Shown here: positions 20,891 to 31,949 of the stretch, one piece after another | Layout of the letters: the number at the start of each line of letters is the position of its first letter | Position numbering within the stretch: the first letter of the stretch is position 1 | Assembly: GCA_963575745.1 (NCBI GenBank) | Contig: CAUYUJ010000196.1 | Location: forward strand, 1 to 64,000 | From: Prorocentrum cordatum | Taxonomy: Eukaryota | Reading direction: 5' to 3' | DNA: 64,000 nt | The notes under the pieces: generated by a model | Seen by the model: the letters and a program-made list of their open reading frames with translations, nothing else | The model's database searches: none | Told to the model about the DNA's origin: nothing | Position numbers and translations under genes: made by a program

Positions 20891-22740
20891 AATTATCCCA
20901 GCGAAGGACCCAACCATAAGCAATTGTTCGTAACGCGTTGTGGGTGCCGCTTTCGGTGGGGCTCCCTATGGGGCCACGAAACGCTGCCCAGGGTGGGGGA
21001 AACGCATGCGAGATCAGCCACTTGGGCCTTCGGTAGAGCTCCCTATGGGGCCACGAAACACTGCCCAGGGCGGGGGAAACGCATGCGAGAGCAGCCACTG
21101 GGGCCTTCGGTGGAGCTCCCTATGGGGCCACGAAGCGCTGCCCTGGGTGGGGGAACCGCATGCGAACTGCGCCACGGGGGCCTTCGGTGGAGCTCCCTAT
21201 GGGGCCACGAAGCGCTGCCCTGGGCGGGGGAACCGCATGCGAGAGCAGCCACTGGGGCCTTCGGTGGAGCTCCCTATGGGGCCACGAAGCGTTGCCCAGG
21301 GTCGGGGAACCGCATGCGAGAGCAACCACTGGGGCCTTCGGTGGAGCTCCCTATGGGGCCACGAAACGCTGCCCAGGGTGGGGGAAACGCATGCGAGAGC
21401 AACCACTGGGGCCTTCGGTGGAGCTCCCTATGGGGCCACGAAGCGCTGCCCAGGGTGGGGGAAACGCATGCGAGAGCAACCACTGGGGCCTTCGGTGGAG
21501 CTCCCTATGGGGCCACGAAACGCTGCCCAGGGTGGGGGAAGACGCATGCGAGAGCAGCATGGGGCCGCTGGAGCTGGGGCCACGAAGCGCTGGGGTGGGG
21601 AAACGCATGCGAAAGCAGCCACCGGGGCCTTCGGTGGAGCTCCCTATGGGGCCACGAAGCGCTACCCAGGCGCGGGAAACGCATGCGAGAGCAGCCACTG
21701 GGGCCTTCGGTGGAGCTCCCTATGGGGCCACGAAACGCTGCCCAGGGTGGGGGAAACGCATGCGAGAGCAACCACTGGGGCCTTCGGTGGAGCTCCCTAT
21801 GGGGCCACGAAGCGCTGCCCAGGGTGTGGGAAACGCATGCGAGAGCAACCACTGGGGCCTTCGGTGGAGCTCCCTATGGGGCCACGAAACGCTGCCCAGA
21901 GCGGGGGTGGAGGCAACCACTGGGGCCTTCGGTGGAGCTCCCTATGGGGCCACGAAGCGCTGCCCAGGGCGGGGGAAACGCATGCGAGAGCAACCACTGG
22001 GGCCTTCGGTGGAGCTCCCTATGGGGCCACGAAACGCTGCCCAGGGTGGGGGAAACGCATGCGAGAGCAGCGGGCCTGCCCAGGGTGGGGGAAGCGCATG
22101 CGAAGCGCCACGGGGGCTTTCGGTGGAGCTCCCCATGGGGCCACGAAGCGCTGCCCTGGGTGGGGGAACCGCATGCGAGGGCAGCCACTGGGGCCTCCGG
22201 TGGAGCTCCCTATGGGGCCACGAAGCGCTGCCCTGGGTGGGGGAACCGCATGCGAACTGCGCCACGGGGGCCTTCGGTGGAGCTCCCTATGGGGCCACGA
22301 AACGCTGCCCAGGGTCGGGGAACCGCAAGCGAGAGCAGCCACTGGGGCCTTCGGTGGAGCTCCCTATGGGGCCACGAAGCGCTGCCCAGGGCGGGGGAAA
22401 CGCATGCGAGAGCAGCCACTGGGGCGTTCGGTGGAGCTTCCTATGGGGCCACGAAGCGCTGCCCAGGGCGGGGGAAACGCATGCGAGAGCAGCCGCTGGG
22501 GCTTTCGGCGGAGCTCCCTATGGGGCCACGAAACGTTCCCCAGGGTGGGGGAAACGCATGCGAGAGCAACCACTGGGGCCTTCGGTGGAGCTCCCTATGG
22601 GGCTATGAAGCGTGTGAGGGGTGTGCGGAGAGCAAGTGCAAGGAGGGGGAGGAGGGATGAGGGGGAGGAGGAAGGAGGGGAGACGCGGGGCACCGTCTCT
22701 TCAAAACGAGGACCCAACACCACAGGATGGTTGGGAAAAA
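20891..22740 (+). mobile_element. Non-autonomous element carrying ~21 copies of a 77-bp tandem repeat (copy A)
   Basis: Unit ccactggggccttcggtggagctccctatggggccacgaaacgctgcccagggtgggggaaacgcatgcgagagcaa. The unique 5' head and 3' tail are shared with copy B. Confidence 0.75.
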
Positions 22741-25350
22741 CAGATTTCGTTTTTGGGCCGCGTTTGCTCGTGCCCGTGGACCCCGCATGTGGGCTCGCGA
22801 CTCCTTCTCCTGCTCCTCCTCCTCCTCCGCCTGCTACCGCGTCTGTCCCTCCTCCATCCTTCCCCCTCTCCTCCCCGCCCATCTTTCTCCTCCGTCCTCC
22901 GTCCCCCATGTTCCCGCTCCCATCGCCAGTCCTCCCTCCGCCCCCCTCCGTGCCCAGGCGTGGTTCGAGCGGTTGTGCCCAACTGATGCCGTACGACTCC
23001 CTGACGCGCCGCCGTTCGGTCGCCCCCCGGGCGCCATGACGTCGGCAACCCCTCAACCTGCCTCCTTCACAAGGCGGCCTCGACCTGAGGCCTCTTGCAA
23101 AAGGACCCAGCGCAAGCAACGGGCAGGCGCCCGCGTATTTCTCAGGCTGGACAGCCCCGAAGAGGGCGACGTCTCCTGACTGCTTCCTTCTATGCACCGA
23201 GGCTTCCTCCCGACTTTTTCCCTCCGCCAATTTCTGAGTCTTCGCATGCTGGCAAGTCGGCCTTTGGCAAAAGTGCTCACCAACAGGCGGACCTCAAGAT
23301 AGATGGTGGTGCTTGCATTGCCACATAATGTGCACTGCGAGCGACAACTCTTGCCCCAACTGCTTCCCTGCTGAAGGGAACCCATTGGCAGGTACAGAGT
23401 TCTCCTCGCCGCTGGGCAAGAAAGATCCCCCTAAAGGGAAAGGCACTGCCAAAGGTGCACATCCTCTGCCCAGTTCCCCCTCAGCACCTGGCACAGGACT
23501 TCCCAACATGGACACGGTCGCTGCATGGGCAGCGCATGATGGACTCCTCGCACTTCCTCCTGCCTCTCCTCATGGATTATCTCCCTCGGGTGTTAGTGCC
23601 GAAGCGACTGGAGCAGAAACTTCCAAGGGTCGCCTGCGCAGATCAAGTCAACATGCGCCCCCAACCAAATCCTCGGACTCCGCTCAACATGCGCCGCCAA
23701 CACTCATCGAACGATGCTTCGTCGATGGCGCCAATTTTGGCCACCTCAGGCACTCCGGCTCAGCCGACACGACGGGCAAAAGGAAGCCCCAACAGTCAAC
23801 CCTCACCCAGTACTTTTGTTCATTACCTTTTTCTCCAGGCCCGTATGTGGCACAAGGCAAGGCACATTAAAACTTTAAGGATCCCATCCAACATATGTTT
23901 TCTCTTTTTCTGCGGCATGGCTAGCAATAGGTTCTCCTTTAATCGTTCAGAATGAGGAGCCCCATGAGACATCGTTCCCCGGTCAGATCATCACTCCTTC
24001 CCCTCTCTTTGGGCCAGATGCTTCTCCTTACTTTGGGAACGTCGAACTCCCAGGTATGCTCCCGATGGGACCAACAAGTCACGCACGTGGCACCTGCCTG
24101 TGGGTATCCCATTCGGTAGAGGGTCCTCACTGCTTGCTCCACGCATAGGCACAAGAGCCTCCAAATTCTTCACCCTGTTTTAGACTACCTTCCTTCTCGC
24201 CCATCCTTTACTTGAAGATTCGCTGCCCCACCTCCTGTTTCCCCCAATGCGAAGACGCTAGGGGAGCGCCCGTTTGCAACCCCTGTTTGGCGTGGCACTG
24301 GGACGGCATGCCCAGGGTCCAGGGTCCCCTCCCCTCGTATTTCCTTCCCCTCTCGATCTCCCTGGGAATGTCACGTCCGCCCACTTTCCAAGTCATGGGT
24401 GGATGTGGGACTCGGCCTGGGAAAGCTAGCACGACTTGCAGGTCTCTAGCGCTGACAGCAAATCTCGAGCTGCTAAAGGGGATCCCCTTTCCCCTTTTGG
24501 AATGCCTCCCCTCATCTCTGCATGTCCTTCCCCTCTTCTCGCTGTCACCACAGATCTGGGAGAGTCCCCAAGGTCTCAATCTGCGAGGTGCTGTTCTCGA
24601 ACGGCTCCGTTCTAGTCGGGCGGACACCTGCGGGCGGATTGGCCCCACACGACGCATGCCGTTGGCGCAAGCTCGCTGCAATCCCGAAACCATTTCTCCT
24701 TCTTCTCCTCCGTCACCCTTGCTCCGTCCCCTCCCCCGCCGCGCGAGCGCAGGCCTCCGCCGGTCAGGCGGCTGGGCGAGGCGACAGCTGGGCGGCACCC
24801 GGAGGGAGGGGATGATGTTTCGCGCTCGCGAGAGGAAGGGATGGGGAGAGGGGCAGGGGGGAAGGAGAAGGAGGAGGAGCAGAAGGGGGAGGAAGGACTG
24901 GTAGTAGCAACTGAAGAGGGGGGATTTCGGAGGAGGGGCAGGAGAGGATGATGAGGAAGAGGAAGAGGAGCCCGAATGAGCAACATGTCGAGCGTGCAGG
25001 GAAGGATAGAGGGAGGACATGGGGAAAGGCGACGAAAGGAGGAGGAGGAGGAGGAGGAGGAGGAAGAGGAGGTGTGAGGAAAATGTGAATGAGCAGGGAG
25101 AGGCGGGAGGAAGGGAGCAATTGTAAATTGGCCCCGTGCGCGTCCACCTAAGGGACAGAGGGCCCAGGCAGAAAGGACAAAGGCTCAGGCAGGAAGGAAA
25201 TCAGGCGGCCACCAGCGACGACAATAACGACAACAACGACGACGACGACGACGACGACAACAACACCAATAACAGCAACAGCAACAGCAACAGCAGCAGC
25301 AGCAACAACAACAACAGCAACATCATCAACAACAGCAACATCATTAACAA

Positions 25351-25887
25351 CACTTGCCCCAGTGCGACCCTACCTAGAAGTTGGAGCCCCTAGGAAAGCA
25401 GCATGAGTTGCTATGCTATGCTATGCTATGCTAAGCTGCGCTATGCTATGATATGCTATGCTATGCTAAGCTATACTATGCTGCGCTGTGCTATGCTGTG
25501 CTGTGCTGTGCTGCGCTATGCTATGCTCTGCTCTGCTCTGCTATGCTGCGCTATGTTATGCTATGCTGGGCTATATTATGATATGATGTGCTGCGCTATG
25601 CTATGCTACGCTCTGACATGCTATGCTGTGACCTGCTATGCTAAAGCTCAGCGAAGCTAAGATGAAGGTAAGCTAAGCAAACATACACCTGAGCTAAGAT
25701 GAAGCTAAGCTAAGCTAAGATGAAATAAGCTAAGCTAAGGTGAGACAAGCAACGCTAAACTAAGAAGACGTAACTGGGGGAACCGCGGGGCAGATGCCGG
25801 AACCGCCCGGGGCGTTCTACACTGCCCGGCCCCTTTAAGAAAAAGGTAGAGAGTAAGAACCCTTCTAGGCATAGCCTAGGTAGGGAA
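25351..25887 (+). mobile_element. Small non-autonomous element filled with (CTATG)n/(CTAAG)n, with a 3' hairpin, embedded in (AAC)n
   Basis: ccctacctag (25368-25377) is the reverse complement of ctaggtaggg (25876-25885). The terminal hairpin is ctaggcatagcctag. AAC tracts lie on both sides. Confidence 0.5.
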
Positions 25888-26220
25888 CAACAACAACTTC
25901 ATCAACAACAACAGCAACAACAACAACATCAACAACAACAACACCAACAACAACAACACCAACAACAACAACAACAACAATAACAACAACAACAGCAGCA
26001 ACCACAACCACAACCACAGCAACAACACCACCACCAACAACAACAACAACACCAACACCAACATCACCAACAACAACAACAACAACAACAACAACACCGC
26101 CACCAGCACCAACACCAAAACCAACACCACCAACAACACCAGCAACACCAACAACACCAACAACACCACCACCACCAACAACAACAACAACCGACGACGA
26201 CGACGTTGAAGACGACGGAC
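25886..26220. repeat. (AAC/ACC)n microsatellite
   Basis: Directly visible. Confidence 0.9.
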
Positions 26221-27114
26221 GAGAAAAGGCGACGACGACAGCGTCACGACAAGAGGTGGCGCGATGGGGAGAAGGACGAACGGCGGCGGGAGGGAGCGGA
26301 AGCACGAGAGCCAGGTGGAGAGCAGGAGGGGACGGGGTAGGTCAGGGCGGGGCGTAAGATGAGCGACGAAAATAAACGGGCCTTACGCGATATGACGTAG
26401 CGACCTTACGCGGTAGCTTACGCGGGCCGGAGGGGGGGGGAGGATGAGGAAGCACCTGGGGGGGGGAGGAATTTACAGGAGAGTCAGGAAGGAGGGGGAA
26501 GAACGTTCGCGGGTGAAAAATTCCCAAAGAGCTGCCTCTCACATGGAATTGTCCGGTGCGCCCGCGCGGACAGCTGGGTAACGCATCCGGCGCGGCCAAA
26601 ACGGGGCGCCTGGGAAGCCCCAGGGAGATCTCGAGCCCCAACTGGGCGACGCGCCGCGCCAACCAGGGAGGGGGGGGGAAAAAGGCGTCACCAGCGTAGA
26701 CCCTTCGGCCCGCCGACGGGGCGCAACCGTTTCAATCGGCAGCCAGCCAGGGGGGAAACGAGAAGGGGCGAGCCTTCCTAGAAGGCTCGGAAGTCCCCCG
26801 GCCTTCTGAGAAGTTGTCTAAGCCTTCCCCGAAAACACAGAACAATTCTCTGAAGGCGCGATGGCTTCTGAGAAGTCCCGCCGCCTTCTGAGAAGGCCTT
26901 CTCCTTTTCATGTCCCCCCCTCGCTCGCCGCTGAGCCAAGCGCCCGCGGACCACCGCTGTGCCACCGTGCGACCCTCGCGGGAGAGAAGACCGAGAACCC
27001 TGAAAGGTCTTTGGAACACGCCCCCAATATGGGGTAGCTGATACTTTGTTCGGCGGGCGGCCTCAGAGTCCAAATAATATAGGGGATGACTCCTTCTTTT
27101 TTCCGCGGCACCCG

Positions 27115-27205
27115 CGGAGGAGGAGGAGGACGAGGAGGAAGAGGAGGAGGAGGGAGGAAGAGGAGGAGGAGGAGGAGGAGGAGGAGGAGGAGGAGGAGGA
27201 GGAGA
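27115..27205. repeat. (GAG)n microsatellite
   Basis: Directly visible. Confidence 0.9.
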
Positions 27206-28917
27206 AGGGGGTTCAGGACCAGCCATATTCAGCGCCGAGAGAAACCGGGGGGGACCAAAGCTAAATACCTTTAGCGGTTATCTGGTGTTTGGTCTCGGTT
27301 CCTGGCGGGAAGAATGCCTGCCCGAAACGACGATTCGCCGAATCCAGCCACGGCGACAACGACGCAGCCTGCGCAAAAGATTCCTCCCCGCGGGCCGAAG
27401 ATCAGGGACGCAGAACATTCACGATTGGTTGCCTCGCCCCTGGGGGTGGCCCAGCGCGCCAGCGCGGACCCTTGGGCAACGCGCTCGGCGCGGCCAGAAA
27501 GGGGTGCTCAACAGGCCCCCGAAAGACCTCGGGACCTAATGCTGAATCTCAAGGCGACTCGGGCCGCAGCCCGCTGCTGGCGACGTGGCCGCAGCCGCTC
27601 AACAGCCGCCGACACTGAGGAGGCGAAACCGGCGACGGGGATGGCGCTGGCGCAGCCTGAAAAGGTACACGGGGCGCAAGCAACATAGAATTTTCTGTAA
27701 CATTGAACTTTCCGTCTTGGCCCAGGCTAGAGCGCGTGCGGCTACGAGAACTCAACGAACCACTCTGCCGCCGAAGCCGCGTCCCGCGACGCCGCGGAGG
27801 CGTAGCCGAAGGAGGCCGCCCAGCGCCAGCCCTTGCTGTAGAGCAATGGTGGGGCGCCCCCGTCCGTCAGGACTTCGTCGCCCCAGCAACGTCAGAAAGC
27901 GTGCCTGCCCCGCTCGGCGGCTCGCTGGTGCCCTCAAGCAACGCCGCCGCCTTCAACCCAACCGGGTCAAAGCGCGTCTGTTCGACAGCGCTGGGAAGGC
28001 CCGGCCTGTCCGAATGCGACGCTGCAGAACATGCGCTCCACGCAGATGCTGGGGGTGCAAGGCGCAGATGCACCCCCCCAACACCACCACCGCGTCTGTG
28101 AATATGTTGCGTTAGAGTTTTTTTTGGGGGGGGGGCAACGCCCGTTACAGGGGGGGGGGGTCCGGCCCCAAGTTGGGCGTAACGGTGACGCGCGGCGGGG
28201 CCCTCGCACGGGCCCTGGTACTTATTATCAGCGCAACAGTCGGCACAGTAGGTTTCATCGTCGTCGTCGTCGTCGCCGCTGTCGTCGTCATCGAAGCCGA
28301 CCGTGCCTGTGCACACGTACGCAGGCTGCACACCGCGATGCCCTTGTACACCACAACTGCGGCAGACATGGTGTGTGTGTGCACCACGGCGACTGAGCAC
28401 ATCATGACAGGCGGGTGCACCACAGCGTCCTTGTACATCTCACTGTTGGTGCACACCACGGCGCCCGCGTGCACCACAGCTGCTGTTTCAACGCCCCGTG
28501 TTTGCACCAGAATGCCAGCGTACACCACAAAGCTTGTGTACACCTGTAAGGCACCGGCGAAACGAAAGTCCAGAAGATCGCTCGGGGCCCAAGCGTGGCC
28601 CTTTCATTATGTGAGCTGCTTGTGGATCTTAGTTTTTCTGGTTCAAAAAGCGCTCGGACCTGTTGAGCCCACAGCGCCTGTGTACTCCATTGCGACTGTG
28701 TACATCATGGGAGTGTGAACCGTGGCGCCTGTGTATACCACATGGCACGTGCGCACCACAAAGTTTGTGTACGGTTTTTTTTGTGCGGAGTGTAAACCAC
28801 GCGCCGTGGGGGCGCGCGGGGCAGCGGCAGCCTAGGGAATATAGGAAACAGGAGCTCCCTGCACAGGCACAAGGCCCTTGAGACATGGGTCGACGGCTGG
28901 AACGTGCACGCGGGTGC

Positions 28918-29002
28918 GTCGTCGTCGTCGCCGTCAGTTGCGACGGCGACCGGGGGGGTTACGGCGGCGGCGGCGGCGACACGGGCGGCGGCGACGGCGA
29001 CC

Positions 29003-29035
<33 letters not shown>

Positions 29036-29155
29036 ACGGCGACGACGCCGACGGCGGCAAGCGGCGGCGGCGGCGGTGAAGGCGACCGCCGCCGCCGTCA
29101 CCGCCATCGTCGTCGCCACCGATGCCGCCGTCGCCGTCGCCGCCGCCGCCGCCGT
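28918..29155. repeat. (GAC/GGC)n followed by the complementary (GCC/GTC)n tract
   Basis: Directly visible; the repeat switches strand near 29080. Confidence 0.8.
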
Positions 29156-29446
29156 GTCCGCAGCCACTTGCCGAAAGCTTCAGCAGCGCTCGGGGCCCAC
29201 TTGCTGGATACACATGCGGGGCGCTGGCGTGACCAGTCGCGCGAGGTCGGAGGGCCGAGCGCTGGAAGGACATGCGGCCACATCCGCGTGCAGGCCTCGC
29301 CCAGTCCAGCCCCTTGCACCAGCACAGGGAAAATGGAGGGAGGACAGTGGTAGTAGTCATAATGATATTGTGAGAGTGCAACGGCTGGTTGCGCCATGGC
29401 TTGCCCGATGCGTTACACCACACGTTGTGCTTGCGTACAATTACCT

Positions 29447-29622
29447 GCGCCATAGGTTGAGCCGTAAGCTGCGCCATAGGATGCGCCCCCAGGGCGTGCC
29501 ATAGCTTGCGCCATAGGTTGCGCACCCAGGGCGCCCCACAAATCGCGCCTTACGTTGCGCCTTAGGTTGCGCCCTCAGGGCGTGCCATAGGTTGCGTCGA
29601 TGGTTGCGCCACAGGTTGCGCC
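29447..29622 (+). repeat. Degenerate ~12-bp tandem repeat (gcgccataggtt)
   Basis: Repeated gcgccataggtt/gcgccttaggtt/gcgccacaggtt units. Confidence 0.7.
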
Positions 29623-30270
29623 AGAGGAGGCCCCCTCCTCCTCCGATCCCCTCCGATCATCCATCCTCCTCCTCCTCCTCTCCTCCTGCCCCCTCCTCCT
29701 CCTCATGCCCCTCCTCCGATCCCCCATCACCTCCTCCTCCGATCCTGTTCCAACCCTCCTCGTCCTCCTCGTCCTCCTCATCCTCCTCCTCCTCCTCCTC
29801 CTCTCCTGCCTCGCTCCCCCCTCCCCCCAGGAGGTGAGAGGAGGTGGAGGGCACGAGCACTGGAGGGAGTGCAGAAGCAAGGCAAAGGAGGTGGAGGGGC
29901 CAGGCCGGAACCCGTTGAAAGGTTCGCGCCGAGGGATGCGAACCTCGAACCTCGAGGATCGAGGCATCCTGGCCCTCGAGGGCCTTCGTCGTCGCCGCGG
30001 CTGGACGCGGCTCGGGAAACTGGTGCGTCTGAGCCCCAGTCGGGCCCCGTGGACCCATTTTGAGTTTGCGCCGAGGTTCGAACCTCGAACCTCGAACCTC
30101 GAACCTGAGCACACATGTGAGCGTCACAGCATGCCTGCCTGGACGGAGGGGGGGTCCGCACCCCCGTCCCCGTACGCTCGTTACCGTTACGGGGGGGGGG
30201 ACCCCCGGGGGGGGGACCCCCGGGGGGGGGGGAACCCCCCCCCGTAACGGGCGTTACGGGTCCGAGCAAT

Positions 30271-31776
30271 AATTAGCCTGGCGAAGGACCGCAACTGTGA
30301 CACCCCCACTGGGGCCTTCGGTGGAGCTCCCTATGGGGCTACGAAACGCTGCCCTGGGTGGGGGAACCGCATGCGGGCACCCCCACTGGGGCCTTCGGTG
30401 GAGCTCCCTCTGGGGCTACGAAACGCTGCCCTGGGTGGGGGAACCGCATGAGGGCAGCCCCACTGGGGCCTTCGGTGGAGCTCCCTATGGGGCTACGAAA
30501 CGCTGCCCTGGGTGGGGGAACCGCATGTGGACACCCCCACTGGGGCCTTCGGTGGAGCTCCCTCTGGGGCTACGAAACGCTGCCCTGGGTGGGGGAACTG
30601 CATGTGGACACCCCCACTGGGGCCTTCGGTGGAGCTCCCTATGGGGCCACGAAACGCTGCCCTGGGTGGGGGAACCGCATGTGGACACCCCCACTGGGGC
30701 CTTCGGTGGAGCTCCCTCTGGGGCTACGAAACGCTGCCCTGGGTGGGGGAACCGCATGTGGACACCCCCACTGGGGCCTTCGGTGGAGCTCCCTCTGGGG
30801 CTACGAAACGCTGCCCTGGGTGGGGGAACCGCATGTGGACACCCCCACTGGGGCCTTCGGTGGAGCTCCCTATGGGGCCACGAAACGCTGCCCTGGGTGG
30901 GGGAACCGCATGTGGACACCCCCACTGGGGCCTTCGGTGGAGCTCCCTATGGGGCTACGAAACGCTGCCCTGGGTGGGGGAACCGCATGTGGACACCCCC
31001 ACTGGGGCCTTCGGTGGAGCTCCCTATGGGGCCACGAAACGCTGCCTGGGTGGGGGAACCGCATGTGGACACCCCCACTGGGGCCTTCGGTGGAATGGGG
31101 CTACGAAACGCTGCCCTGGGTGGGGGAACCGCATGTGGACACCCCCACTGGGGCCTTCGGTGGAGCTCCCTATGGGGCTACGAAACGCTGCCCTGGGTGG
31201 GGGAACCGCATGTGGACACCCCCACTGGGGCCTTCGGTGGAGCTCCCTCTGGGGCTACGAAACGCTGCCCTGGGTGGGGGAACCGCATGTGGACACCCCC
31301 ACTGGGGCCTTCGGTGGAGCTCCCTATGGGGCCACGAAACGCTGCCTGGGTGGGGGAACCGCATGTGGACACCCCCACTGGGGCCTTCGGTGGAGCTCCC
31401 TATGGGGCTACGAAACGCTGCCCTGGGTGGGGGAACCGCATGTGGACACCCCCACTGGGGCCTTCGGTGGAGCTCCCTATGGGGCTACGAAACGCTGCCC
31501 TGGGTGGGGGAACCGCATGTGGACACCCCCACTGGGGCCTTCGGTGGAGCTCCCTCTGGGGCTACGAAACGCTGCCCTGGGTGGGGGAACCGCATGTGGA
31601 CACCCCCACTGGGGCCTTCGGTGGAGCTCCCTATGGGGCTACGAAACGTGTGAGAGGTGTGCCGAGAGCAGAGGCAAGGAGGGGGAGGAGGGAGGAGGGG
31701 GAGGAGGAAGGAGAGGAACGCGGGGCACCGTCTCTTCAAAACGAGGACCCAACACCACAGGATGGTTGGGAAAAAA
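30271..31776 (+). mobile_element. Non-autonomous element carrying ~18 copies of the 77-bp repeat (copy B, different homogenised variant)
   Basis: Same core unit but with a ...gcatgtggacaccc variant. It shares the 5' aatta..c..gcgaaggacc and the 3' ctcttcaaaacgaggacccaacaccacaggatggttgggaaaaa with copy A. Confidence 0.75.
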
Positions 31777-31949
31777 CAAGCTCTTAATGCGGATTTGCGC
31801 AGGACCTCGGCCCTAAGCGGGCCGCAGATGGCGACGAGGACGCAACCTGCCCGGAGTCTCCTTCCCCAAGACCGAGGACCAGGGACGACGAGGAAATCGA
31901 CGACAAGAAGGGGCGCGAGTGGAGGGGGGAATTGAATGAGTATGCGCGG

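Noticed and set aside
20888..23039. Long ORFs (590, 699, 482 aa; likewise 30297-31816) with GAFGGAPYGATKRC repeats
   Set aside because: Open in all three frames because the 77-bp unit lacks stops; an artefact of the tandem repeat.
23053..24200. Unique-looking segment with short ORFs and CxxC motifs
   Set aside because: No coherent domain in any frame; may be a decayed element but cannot be supported.
20940..31650. 77-bp arrays as CRISPR arrays
   Set aside because: The whole unit repeats with no unique spacers, there are no cas genes, and the context is eukaryotic.
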